In this document: in pieces, positions 19,104-28,508 of the stretch | Layout of the letters: each line of letters starts with the position of its first letter | How positions within the stretch are numbered: position 1 is the first letter of the stretch | NCBI GenBank assembly: GCA_965219995.1 | Contig: CBDCOX010000002.1 | Location: 1,440,001 to 1,504,000, forward strand | Source: Candidatus Latescibacterota bacterium | GTDB taxonomy: Bacteria; Latescibacterota; UBA2968; GCA-2709665 | Reading direction: 5' to 3' | DNA length: 64,000 nucleotides | The notes under the pieces: model-generated | Database searches by the model: none | What the model was told of the DNA's origin: nothing | What the model saw: the letters and a program-made list of their open reading frames with translations, nothing else | Position numbers and translations under genes: made by a program

Positions 19104-22024
19104 GTCTGCAACCTTTCTCCGCCGGGGTCGTAGAAGGGCCCGTGGTGAACATACGCGTCTTCGAGCTCGCCGTTTCTGCGAATCTGAAACGGTGTACCGG
19201 CTTTCGCCGCCACGTTCGCGGGCAGCCAGCACAGGCCGATGGTCTCTCCGAGCGCCGGACTGAAACGGCACGACGTCAACCAGCCGATGATCTCCTGTTT
19301 TCCGTTCCCGTCCCGGCGCACCGCCTGCAGGCCTTCTTCCGGCACGAGGTCAGGCCGCGCCATCCTGAAGCCCACCAGCCGCTGCGACGTCCCCCGTTCC
19401 GACATCCTGGTCAACATGGGCTTGCCCAAAAAATCCCGTTTGTCCAACTTCACGGCCCATTCCATATTCGCGGAATACGGATCGGTCAGTGCGTCGGTGT
19501 CCTGACCGACGATGATATGCGCCTTCTCCAGGCGGAGCACACGCTGGGCTTCCACGCCGAACGGCGCGATGTCGAATTCCTTCCCCGCAGCCATCAGCGC
19601 CTGCCACACGTGGAGGCCATAGGACGCGGGGCAGTGGATTTCGTAGGAAAGCTCGCCGGTAAATCCGATACGCAGGACCCGGCAAAGCACCCCGGCGACC
19701 CGTGTCGACCGGACGCGCATGTACGGGAATTTCCGATGGCTCAGGTCCCGGTCCGTGAGAAGCTGAAGCACCTCCCTGGACCTCGGTCCCGCCAGGTTGA
19801 ACGCCGCGTTGGCATCGGTGAGGTTGACCGCGTGCACCCCGTCACCCCAGCCCGACTGTGACCACCATTGAATCCATTCGAACACCGTTGTCGCGCCCGT
19901 GGACGTGGTGCTCATATACCATTCGTTTTCCTGTATGCGGGCGCACACGCCGTCGTCGATCACCACGCCTTCGTCGTTGCACATCACGCCGTACCGGACG
20001 CGGCCGACGCCCAGCCTGCGCCACTGGTTGATGTACAGCTTCTCCAGCAATTCAGGCACGCCGGGCCCGGTCAGCTGGATCTTGCCCAGCGTACTCACGT
20101 CCATCAGGCCCACCCGCTCGCGCACGGCCTTCACTTCGGCGACAGCATCTCCATAGTCTTCCGGCCGCAGCCAGAGGCCCGCCACCATCATCCTGGCGCC
20201 CCGGTCCAGATGCCACTGATGCGCGGGAGACACCTGAACGGGCTCCATGTTCTGCCCGGCCAACGCGCCCAGCGTTACCGGCGCCACGGGCGGTCGTGAC
20301 GTGGTTTTTCCGGTCTCCTGCACATTCTCGCCGTTCGCGCGGGCACAAAGGTGCACCGTATTCATGGAGCACATCCTGCCCTGGCACGGACCCATCGAAA
20401 TGGTGCTGTACCGCTTCAGCAGTTCGAGACTGTCGTACCCCTCGACGATTGCCGTCTGCAAATCCACGTCGGTGACGTCTTCACAATAGCAGAGAAACCT
20501 CTTCTTCCTGCCCGGAACGATCGTACGTGCAGACGTCCGCACCGGCTCACCGGCCTTCCGGAAATGCAGGTCGGAGACCTCGGACGCGGCGGGTCCGTCC
20601 CCGAGGCCCAGGAAGGCCGCGGCGCTCCTTCCGGCGATCCGCCCGTCTTCCATGGCGCAGGCGGCCGTGCCGGCGCCCGCGGCGCGGCCCGCCAAGAACA
20701 TGCCTTCGGGCGCGTCCGCCGCCCGCGGTTCCGAACGTTGCTCGTCGTAAGCGGACTCGCCGCCCGCCATGTGGAACAACGCCAGGTCCGGCGTCCAGCC
20801 CACGCTGACAACGATCAGGTCGCAAGGCACGTTTCGCGCCGCGGACCGATCCGCCTCTCCCAACGGATCGATCCGGGCGATCCGGGCGGCCTGAACGCGC
20901 TTTGAACCGACGGCCTCCAGAATCGTATGCCGGAAATACGCGGGCACGCCCCGGGAAATCAACGCTTGAGCGGCCGTACTCGAACACGAGTGGCGTTCAT
21001 CCACGACCGCGGCGACTTCAACGTTCGCCTCCGCCAGCTCCGCGGCCACGTCCCACCCATCGTCATTCGCGGTGACGACCAGGGCCCTCTCGCCCGGCTT
21101 CACGCCGTAAAGATGGACCAGGCGCTGAACGGCGCTGCCCAGCATCACCCCGGGGAGGTCGTTGTGGTCGAACAGCAGCGGCGTCTCGATGGCGCCCGCC
21201 GCAACAATCACGGACTTCGCCCGTATCTTGAACAGCCGCGAACCCTTCACCGCGGCCAGCCAGTTGTCCTGGTACCAGCCCAGGACGGCCGCATCCGTGA
21301 AGATGTCGATATCCGGACGGCTCGCCACCGAAGCCTGCAACTCCTCCAGGGTACCGGCCCGGGAAGGCGAGAAGCGCAGCCGGCCGCCCAGAGACGGCTC
21401 GACGTCGAAAAGCGCGACGCCTGCGCCCTGCTCCGATGCCGCAACGGCCGCGGCCATCCCCGACGGTCCGCCGCCGACCACCGCCACGTCGGCGTGCAGG
21501 TACTCTTTGTCGAACGCGCCGGGCCGCGACGCGAGGTCCACTTTGCCCAGCCCCGCCGCGCGGCGCAGCACGTGCTCGTAGGACGGCCAGAGCGCGGCAG
21601 GCCGGATAAAGGTCTTGTAGTAGAAACCCACCGGCATCAGCGGCGCGGCCAGCTGCGTGAGTGAAAGCAGATCGCGGTCCAGTGACGGCTGCGCGTTCTG
21701 GGAACAAACGGCCATTCCCGTTTCGACGCGGCGCGTGCACGCCCGGACGTTCGGCTCGTCGCCTATCTGGACCAGGCAGTTCGGACATTGACCCGCGCAG
21801 CACATCAGACCTCTGGGCCGGTGATACTTGAACGACCGGCTGAAGACGCGCACCCCGGAGGCGGCCAATGCCGATGCAATCGTGTCGCCCCGGTATCCGG
21901 CATAGTCCCGTCCGTCGAAGGTAAACGCCACCCGGGACCCGCGATCGATCACCTCGCCGTTGCGCGGCGTGAGCCTGTGGGCATCCGTACCTGAACCGGC
22001 CTGAAGGGTCGTTTCAGTCGCCAT
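19100..22024 (-). CDS. soxA: sarcosine oxidase / N-methylglutamate dehydrogenase alpha subunit
   Basis: GDTIASAL, SRSFKYHRPRG, GFYYKTF, GGGPSG, DVSTLGKI, FTGELSYEI, C-terminal FYDPGGERL. Confidence 0.92.
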   Translation of the reverse strand: MATETTLQAGSGTDAHRLTPRNGEVIDRGSRVAFTFDGRDYAGYRGDTIASALAASGVRVFSRSFKYHRPRGLMCCAGQCPNCLVQIGDEPNVRACTRRVETGMAVCSQNAQPSLDRDLLSLTQLAAPLMPVGFYYKTFIRPAALWPSYEHVLRRAAGLGKVDLASRPGAFDKEYLHADVAVVGGGPSGMAAAVAASEQGAGVALFDVEPSLGGRLRFSPSRAGTLEELQASVASRPDIDIFTDAAVLGWYQDNWLAAVKGSRLFKIRAKSVIVAAGAIETPLLFDHNDLPGVMLGSAVQRLVHLYGVKPGERALVVTANDDGWDVAAELAEANVEVAAVVDERHSCSSTAAQALISRGVPAYFRHTILEAVGSKRVQAARIARIDPLGEADRSAARNVPCDLIVVSVGWTPDLALFHMAGGESAYDEQRSEPRAADAPEGMFLAGRAAGAGTAACAMEDGRIAGRSAAAFLGLGDGPAASEVSDLHFRKAGEPVRTSARTIVPGRKKRFLCYCEDVTDVDLQTAIVEGYDSLELLKRYSTISMGPCQGRMCSMNTVHLCARANGENVQETGKTTSRPPVAPVTLGALAGQNMEPVQVSPAHQWHLDRGARMMVAGLWLRPEDYGDAVAEVKAVRERVGLMDVSTLGKIQLTGPGVPELLEKLYINQWRRLGVGRVRYGVMCNDEGVVIDDGVCARIQENEWYMSTTSTGATTVFEWIQWWSQSGWGDGVHAVNLTDANAAFNLAGPRSREVLQLLTDRDLSHRKFPYMRVRSTRVAGVLCRVLRIGFTGELSYEIHCPASYGLHVWQALMAAGKEFDIAPFGVEAQRVLRLEKAHIIVGQDTDALTDPYSANMEWAVKLDKRDFLGKPMLTRMSERGTSQRLVGFRMARPDLVPEEGLQAVRRDGNGKQEIIGWLTSCRFSPALGETIGLCWLPANVAAKAGTPFQIRRNGELEDAYVHHGPFYDPGGERLQT

Positions 22025-22301
22025 CGACGCCCTCACCGGCCTCGTCTGCCTGCCAGACGTACGTCTTCAGGACTTCCTGCGTCTTCGTATGCCGTTCCGC
22101 CAGAAACCACAGGCCGCACCCCGCCTGGTGATACCACCACGCCTTCTCCACGCCCAGCCTGTTGTCGCGCAAATAGAGATACGCGGCCAGTTCCGCGTCG
22201 CCGCAACCGTCGGGGTCCAGAGGCCGGGGATTGTATTCACCACCGAAGCGGAACTCGCTGACGTTGCGTTCGCCGCAATTCGGACAGGATAGGATCAACA
22301 T
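22014..22301 (-). CDS. soxD: sarcosine oxidase delta subunit
   Basis: CPNCGER..EF..GGE, YLYLRDN, WYHQAGC motifs. Confidence 0.92.
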   Translation of the reverse strand: MLILSCPNCGERNVSEFRFGGEYNPRPLDPDGCGDAELAAYLYLRDNRLGVEKAWWYHQAGCGLWFLAERHTKTQEVLKTYVWQADEAGEGVDGD

Positions 22302-22373
22302 CAAACGCTCAGATTCCGGGTCCGCGCGGAGTCCTGCATTGCCGCAAGGCCGACCCTGTTCGCTACGGTGCCG

Positions 22374-23612
22374 TCAATGACCCACCGACGCCGCGCCCTT
22401 TTCGCCGACCAGGTCGAATTCCTCGAACCTGGACAGCCGGAAGGGATGAATCAGATCCGGGGTGCGTTCGCGGGCGATCAATTCGGCCATGGTGCGGCCG
22501 CAGATGGGGGAGGCCTTGAAGCCGTAGGTGCCCCAACCCACGTCCACGAGAAAGCCACGCACCGGCGTAAAGCCCATTATCGGGCTGTAATCGGGTGTCA
22601 TATCGCACAGCCCCGCCCACTGGCGCAACACCCGCACCTTGCTCAAAAACGGAAACAGCTCCAGCATGTGCCCGGCAATGCTTTCCATAAACGCCAGCGA
22701 AGAATCCATCGAATAGGAAGTATAGGGATCCACGCTCGCGCCCATCACCAGTTCGCCCCGATCGGACTGGCTTACGTACACGTGCAGACTGCCCGACACG
22801 ATGACCACGTCCAGAAACGGCTTCAGGGGTTCCGTAACGCACGCCTGCAGCGGAAAGGTGGTCAGCGGCAGGCGAACGCCCGCCATATCGGCGATGGTCG
22901 ACCCCCATCCCGCCGTCGCGTTCAACACCGTACAGGTCTTGATGTATCCCCCCGTCGTTTCCACGCCGACCACGCAATCGCCCCGCACGTCGATCCCGGT
23001 TACCGCGGTCTGCTGGTGGATGTGCACCCCCCGCCGGTCGGCCTGGTGGGCATAGCCCCATACGACGGCGTCGTGACGGACGATGCCTCCGGGAGGATGG
23101 TACAGCGCGGCCAGAATCGGGTAGCGGGGATGGTCGCTGACGTCGATGCCCGGGCACAGCCTCTCGATTTCATCGGGCCATATCAGCTCCGACACGACGC
23201 CCTGAAGCTTGTTCACCTCCGCCCGCCGGCGCATGGTGCGCACCGCCCCGTCGGTATGCGCCAGCGTGAGGTGCCCGCGCTGGCTGAACATGACGTTGAA
23301 GTCCAGCTCCGTCGCCATCTGCTCGTACAGCCGCACGCTTTCGTCGTAGAAGCGCACGCCCTCGGGGGTCAGGTAATTGCTTCGGATAATGGCGGTATTC
23401 CGCCCGCTCCCTCCGGAACCGATGTACCCCCGTTCAATGATGGCGACGTCCGTGATGCCGTGTTCCACGGCCAGATAGTAGGCGCAGGCCAGCCCGTGGG
23501 CGCCCCCGCCCACGATCACCACGTCGTAACTGTCCCTGACCGGACGGGACCGCCACATCCTGGGCAGGAGCCCGTTCCCGTTCAGCGCCTGGCGGATCAG
23601 CTTGAACGACAC
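22374..23612 (-). CDS. soxB: sarcosine oxidase / N-methylglutamate dehydrogenase beta subunit (FAD)
   Basis: GGGAHGLA, GRNTAIIRSNY, RHDAVVWGYA, GWGTYGFKA motifs. Confidence 0.92.
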   Translation of the reverse strand: MSFKLIRQALNGNGLLPRMWRSRPVRDSYDVVIVGGGAHGLACAYYLAVEHGITDVAIIERGYIGSGGSGRNTAIIRSNYLTPEGVRFYDESVRLYEQMATELDFNVMFSQRGHLTLAHTDGAVRTMRRRAEVNKLQGVVSELIWPDEIERLCPGIDVSDHPRYPILAALYHPPGGIVRHDAVVWGYAHQADRRGVHIHQQTAVTGIDVRGDCVVGVETTGGYIKTCTVLNATAGWGSTIADMAGVRLPLTTFPLQACVTEPLKPFLDVVIVSGSLHVYVSQSDRGELVMGASVDPYTSYSMDSSLAFMESIAGHMLELFPFLSKVRVLRQWAGLCDMTPDYSPIMGFTPVRGFLVDVGWGTYGFKASPICGRTMAELIARERTPDLIHPFRLSRFEEFDLVGEKGAASVGH

Positions 23613-23662
23613 GTCACGGTCCTCGATAATCCCGTCCCCAGGACGGGCGGTACGTCAGTCTG

Positions 23663-25006
23663 TCACCAGCCCGGCCCACCCCCGGCGACACGGTTCGTCC
23701 CGACCAGCGGGAGATTGCAGATCATGGACGCTTCCGAAGTCAGCGCGCGCATGTCTTCCGGCTCCAGGTCGTGTACGTCGGCCTTGCCGCACGCCCTCGC
23801 CAGAATCTGGATTTCCGACGTCATGGCCTGCAGCAGGTTGGCCACGCGCTCGGCTGCTTCGTCCACGTGGAGCCTCGCCATCAGATCGGGGTCCTGCGTG
23901 GTTATTCCCACCGGACAGCGACCGGTATGGCAGTGATGGCAGCGATACGGCTCCGCGCCCAGCGCCCGATAGTCCTCCACGTGAATCGGTTTGTTGCAGT
24001 TCAATGCCATCAGTGCCGCCGTGCCGATGTATACCGCGTCGGCGCCCAGCGCCATGGCCTTGGCGGCGTCCACGCCGTTCCGGATGCCACCCGCGATGAT
24101 CAGCTGGACCTTTCCGTACATGCCGATATCTTCGAGCGCCGCTCGTGCCTCACATACCGCCGCCAGCGTGGGAATGCCCGTATGCTCCTGGCAGATTTCC
24201 GCGGACGCCCCGGTGCCGCCCTCCATGCCGTCCACCACGATCACGTCGGCCCCGGCCTTGGCCGCCAGGCGGACGTCGTCGAATACCCGCGTGGCGCCCA
24301 TCTTGACGAAAATCGGGACCTGCCAGTCCGTGGCCTCGCGCAGCTCCTCGATCTTGATGATCATATCGTCCGGACCCAGGAAATCCGGGTGCCGCGCCGG
24401 ACTCCGCTGGTCCACGCCGAGGGGCAGGTCCCTCTGCGACGCCACGTCGCCGAGCACCTTGGCGCCCAAAAGCAATCCCCCCGTGCCGGGCTTGGCGCCC
24501 TGTCCGATGGTGAGTTCGATCCCGTCGGCAACCCGGAGGTCGTGCACGTTGATCCCGTACCGGGACGGCAGTACCTCGTAGACCAGCACTTTGCTTTCTT
24601 CCCGCTCCGCCTTCAACATCCCGCCGTCGCCGGTTGTATTGGAGGACCCGACCATGTTGGCGCCGCGAGCCAGCGCCACCTTGGCATTATAGGACAGCGC
24701 GCCCCAACTCATGCCGGTGATCATGATGGGCGTATCCAGCACGATGGGCTTTTCGGCGTAACGACCGCCGAGAACCGTCTCCGCCGAGCAGCGCTCCCGG
24801 TATCCTTCCAGCGGAATTCGCGTCAACGTGCAGGGTATGAAGGTCAGGTCGTCGAACGTGGGCCACCGCCGCTCCCGCAGTGTGCCGAACCCCCGGATCC
24901 GATAACGGCCCAGTTCGGCCTTGACCTGGATGTCTTCGATGACGGCGGGCGTGAACGTACCGCTGGCCTGCACCGGATGAAAGCTCCCGTTTTGATCTTC
25001 CACCAT
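23663..25006 (-). CDS. FMN-binding glutamate synthase family protein (MgsC-like)
   Basis: PLEGYRE, GMSWGALS, GQGAKPGTGG, DQRSPARHPD, CHTGRCPVGITTQDP motifs; start could extend to 25072. Confidence 0.9.
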   Translation of the reverse strand: MVEDQNGSFHPVQASGTFTPAVIEDIQVKAELGRYRIRGFGTLRERRWPTFDDLTFIPCTLTRIPLEGYRERCSAETVLGGRYAEKPIVLDTPIMITGMSWGALSYNAKVALARGANMVGSSNTTGDGGMLKAEREESKVLVYEVLPSRYGINVHDLRVADGIELTIGQGAKPGTGGLLLGAKVLGDVASQRDLPLGVDQRSPARHPDFLGPDDMIIKIEELREATDWQVPIFVKMGATRVFDDVRLAAKAGADVIVVDGMEGGTGASAEICQEHTGIPTLAAVCEARAALEDIGMYGKVQLIIAGGIRNGVDAAKAMALGADAVYIGTAALMALNCNKPIHVEDYRALGAEPYRCHHCHTGRCPVGITTQDPDLMARLHVDEAAERVANLLQAMTSEIQILARACGKADVHDLEPEDMRALTSEASMICNLPLVGTNRVAGGGPGW

Positions 25007-25224
25007 TGTCGCCCTGTTCGGGTTTAATCTTGATGCGTCATTTTTCTGTGACGTTAAGTCGAATATACGCAAGTCTGTGAAGGCGATTTGAAGTCGGATT
25101 TCCAGGAACCTTCAGGTCACTTGACGTCAACGGAAAAAATGTCCTTCCGGAGGACCCTGATGCCCCGTTTCGGAAGTCTTCTCCACAGTGTCGGCTTGCT
25201 GGATTCTTCGATTCAAGGCAATTT

Positions 25225-25362
25225 GCCACAAAAGGCACAAAAACAGCGATTCTGTTACAGGGCGTATAGCCGAAAGACTATGCAAATACGTCCAGGGTCG
25301 CGGCGTTACGACACACGCCGTTTCGCACCAATACCCTTTGTGTCTTTTGTGCTTTCTGTGGC
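25225..25362. repeat. inverted-repeat intergenic element (GCCACAAAAGGCACAAAA ... TTTTGTGCTTTCTGTGGC)
   Basis: 18-bp imperfect inverted repeat with 2 mismatches, in the gap between the MgsB-like and MgsC-like genes. Confidence 0.6.
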
Positions 25363-25407
25363 CAATTTAAAGGTTATTTTTTTCGAGTTAAGGCTAACCG
25401 TTCAGCG

Positions 25408-26103
25408 TTACAACGCTTCCCGCCAGACGGCGCGCTCGTCCTTATCGAAATTCCAGAGTTTGCGCCCGGCCAACACTTTCTTGAACGACGTTACGTCCAG
25501 TCGCCTGTCCAGATGTTCCTGTACGGAAGCGCTCAGAAAAGCGAACTCGTCCTCGGCGGGCGTTTCGACCACCGCGTCATTGCCCAGTTCCGCGATCTCA
25601 CCGCCGACGAAACACTCGGTCTCGTACATCGAATCGGCGAAGGCGTCGCCGGTGTCGCCGCAAACGATGATGCGACCCCTCTGGCCCATGAAGCCGGCCA
25701 TATACCCGCAATCTCCGCCGACGACGATCAGCCCGCCCTTCATTGCCACGCCCAGCCGCGCCGAGGCGTGACCCCGGACCACCACCGTCCCCCCGCGAAT
25801 GGACGCCGCGGAACCGTTTCCCGCGTTGCCGTGGACGATGACCTTCCCGCTCATCATTGACTCCGCCAGGCCCCACCCCGCACTGCCCTTTACCTCGACG
25901 GTCGCCCCGTCGATCATACCGCCGCAATAATATCCTACGCTACCGTCCAGCGTGAGATGGACTGGGTCCAGGAGCGCCACCCCCAGATTATGCCGCGCAC
26001 CCGGATCCAGGACACGCACTTCGCCTTCCCCCGCGGAAACGAACGCCCTGATCTCCCGGTTGATCTCCCGCGTCGTCTTTCCGTTGCAGGTCAGTTGTGC
26101 CAT
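25408..26103 (-). CDS. GXGXG-domain protein (MgsB-like), copy 1
   Basis: GSVGYYCGG, GNGSAASIRGG, GFMGQRG, DSMYE motifs. Confidence 0.88.
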   Translation of the reverse strand: MAQLTCNGKTTREINREIRAFVSAGEGEVRVLDPGARHNLGVALLDPVHLTLDGSVGYYCGGMIDGATVEVKGSAGWGLAESMMSGKVIVHGNAGNGSAASIRGGTVVVRGHASARLGVAMKGGLIVVGGDCGYMAGFMGQRGRIIVCGDTGDAFADSMYETECFVGGEIAELGNDAVVETPAEDEFAFLSASVQEHLDRRLDVTSFKKVLAGRKLWNFDKDERAVWREAL

Positions 26104-26996
26104 AGCCGCATGTCCTTCGCACGGGCTTCAACCACGTCGTAGCATCCATCGAGGGCCGAACGGAACGCAATCTCTTCCGTGGCCACCGCTGCGAAATCGG
26201 CCGTTTCCGCAAACAGGAGCGGTTTGAAGGCGTACGGATCCCGGACGAAACCGACGGCGTCGGGTGTGGCCACCAGATAGCTGAACGAGCCGTCCAACTC
26301 TACCAGAGAGGCGGCCATTGCCGCCTCCAGGTCCTTTCCGTCCGCAAGTTTCCGGTGCAGGTACATCCCGATGATTTCGGAATCGTTCTCGGTATAGAAC
26401 CTTGCGCCGTCTTGCTCGTAGATGCGCCGCAACTTGTGGTAATTGGTAATGTGTCCGTTATGGACAATGGCCAGGTCCGGATGGCCGTGGGCCCAGAACG
26501 GCTGGGAATGGCTCAGATCGATTCTGGATTCGGTAGAAAGGCGGGTATGGCCGATGCCGTGGGTCCCTTTGAAGCCGGAAATCCGGTAGGTCTTGTCGAG
26601 GTTCCGGGGTGACCCCACCTGCTTGACGATTTCCAGCCGGTCTCCCATACTCACCACCTCCACACCCTCGCCCGCGGCCTCAATGGCCTCTTCGAGTTGC
26701 CCGGGCGCTCCGTCATAGGCGACGACCAGACGCAGGTACTCCTCCGTTCGGGCCCAACCGGACACGCCGCCGATTGCCTCCGCCCGTGCGACGACCCGCC
26801 GCGCGGTTGCCTCGTAATCCGCGTGTACTCCCAGACTCACGCGGAGGACCATGCCCCCGTATTGTCCTCCACCATACAGCGCAACGCCTGCCGAATCCGG
26901 CCCCCGGCAGTCCAGGGCGCCCAGCATTTTGAGGATGGTCTGCCCGAGACCGCCGGTATCGTCCTGCCGGTTCCAGAATCCCACAATGCCGCACAT
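26091..26996 (-). CDS. class II glutamine amidotransferase (MgsA-like), copy 1
   Basis: MCGIVG start, RGPDSAG, GHTRLSTES, HNG, DSE motifs. Confidence 0.88.
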   Translation of the reverse strand: MCGIVGFWNRQDDTGGLGQTILKMLGALDCRGPDSAGVALYGGGQYGGMVLRVSLGVHADYEATARRVVARAEAIGGVSGWARTEEYLRLVVAYDGAPGQLEEAIEAAGEGVEVVSMGDRLEIVKQVGSPRNLDKTYRISGFKGTHGIGHTRLSTESRIDLSHSQPFWAHGHPDLAIVHNGHITNYHKLRRIYEQDGARFYTENDSEIIGMYLHRKLADGKDLEAAMAASLVELDGSFSYLVATPDAVGFVRDPYAFKPLLFAETADFAAVATEEIAFRSALDGCYDVVEARAKDMRLWHN

Positions 26997-27108
26997 TGTC
27001 TTTTCTCCGGAATTGCACAAAAAAACCCGAACCAGCTTCGGTGAAGCGGGTACGGATGATCGCACCGCACAGGACAAAAGTCAAGCCAAACAATAACTGT
27101 CCCGTCCC

Positions 27109-28458
27109 CTATCGGGCAGCCCCGCAGCACCGCTTGAATTTCCTTCCGCTGCCGCAGGGACAGGGCTCGTTCCGGCCCGTGCTTCGGGCCCGGGAGGCCG
27201 CCCGTCGTGATTCCCCGGCCCGCACCCAATGCATCACGTTCGCCGCGGGCCGGCCAGCCGCGAGTTCCTTCGCCATCATCTGCATGTAGGGGTCCACGTG
27301 GCCGAAGAACATCTTGTACCCCGTGCAGAGGTAGTTCAGCCCTGCCTCCCCGTCGGGCGTATGGATGAACCTCTGCTTGGGACAGCCCCCGTTGCACGCA
27401 AACCTGTAGTCGCAGGCCCTGCAATACGCGGGCAGGGTATCCCGCTTGTCGGACCCGAATTTCTCCTGCAGGGGGCTGGACACCATTTCACGAATGCTCT
27501 TTTCGCGGACGTTGCCGAGATTGTACCGGGGATAAACGAAATGGTCGCAGGAATACAGATCTCCGTTGTGTTCGATGATCAGCGCCCTGCCGCACTTTTC
27601 CGCGAAGATGCAGAGACTGGCGTCCTGGCCCATCCAGCTTCCCAGCGCGATATCGAACATCTGGACGAAATACCGGCCAACGTCCTTTCGGACCCATTCG
27701 TCGAAGACCGCGCAAAGGAACCGGCCGTACTGCGCCGAGCCCACCGACCACTTCGAAACCTGAGCCCGCCCGTCGAACTCCGGCGCCACAAGCTCCAGGA
27801 GATCGTCACCAGGCGAGTCCGCGATTCGCTCCACAATCGGGATGAACTGCATGTAGCGGCTCCCGATGGACTTGAGAAAGCGGTAGACTTTCACCGGATA
27901 ATCCGCGTTATGGGCCTGCAGCACCGTGAGGGTATTGTATTCCACCCGGTGATGCTTCAGGACGTCCAGACCCGCCATCACGCGGTCGAACGTGGGCTTT
28001 CCCCCTTTGTCCACCCGGTACCTGTCGTGCATCTCCCGCGGTCCGTCCACGGACAATCCCACCAGAAACCCGTGTTCGGCCAGAAACTCCCCCCACTCGT
28101 TGTCGAGCAGGATTCCGTTGGTCTGGAAGGCATTCGTGATGGTTTTTCCATTGGCATACGTCGACTGAAAGTCCACCGCCCGCCGGTAGAAATCCACGCC
28201 CATCAGAGTCGGTTCGCCGCCCTGCCAGGCAAAATGCACCTCCGGGACGTCCTGCGCTTCGATGTAGTGGCGGACGTACAGCTCCAGCGTCCCGTCGTCC
28301 ATCCGCCAGTTCCCGCCGGCGTCGGGGTACAGCTTTTCCTTCTCCAGGTAGAAACAGTACTTGCAATCTATATTGCAGACCGCGCCGGACGGCTTTGCCA
28401 TCACGTGACAGGCTTCGGCGGATTCGATGGTCGTCTCGTCGATTGCCATTTCGGTCAT
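27109..28458 (-). CDS. anaerobic sulfatase maturase (radical SAM/SPASM) with C-terminal SEC-C motif
   Basis: CNIDCKYC, WQGGEP, YSCDHFV, CxxC...C..GC SPASM cysteines; GRNEPCPCGSGRKFKRCC tail. Confidence 0.93.
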   Translation of the reverse strand: MTEMAIDETTIESAEACHVMAKPSGAVCNIDCKYCFYLEKEKLYPDAGGNWRMDDGTLELYVRHYIEAQDVPEVHFAWQGGEPTLMGVDFYRRAVDFQSTYANGKTITNAFQTNGILLDNEWGEFLAEHGFLVGLSVDGPREMHDRYRVDKGGKPTFDRVMAGLDVLKHHRVEYNTLTVLQAHNADYPVKVYRFLKSIGSRYMQFIPIVERIADSPGDDLLELVAPEFDGRAQVSKWSVGSAQYGRFLCAVFDEWVRKDVGRYFVQMFDIALGSWMGQDASLCIFAEKCGRALIIEHNGDLYSCDHFVYPRYNLGNVREKSIREMVSSPLQEKFGSDKRDTLPAYCRACDYRFACNGGCPKQRFIHTPDGEAGLNYLCTGYKMFFGHVDPYMQMMAKELAAGRPAANVMHWVRAGESRRAASRARSTGRNEPCPCGSGRKFKRCCGAAR

Positions 28459-28508
28459 CCGGTTTGAAATGCGGCGGCCTGCGCCCGGCAAACGTTGCAG
28501 GAACCCGT

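Noticed and set aside
18423-23612. Reading soxABDG as thiosulfate-oxidation Sox genes
   Set aside because: The motifs are those of heterotetrameric sarcosine-oxidase-type flavoenzymes; only the names coincide.
25088-25771. 227-aa plus-strand ORF spanning the mgsB-mgsC gap
   Set aside because: Overlaps the GXGXG gene antisense and runs through a repeat element; no motifs.
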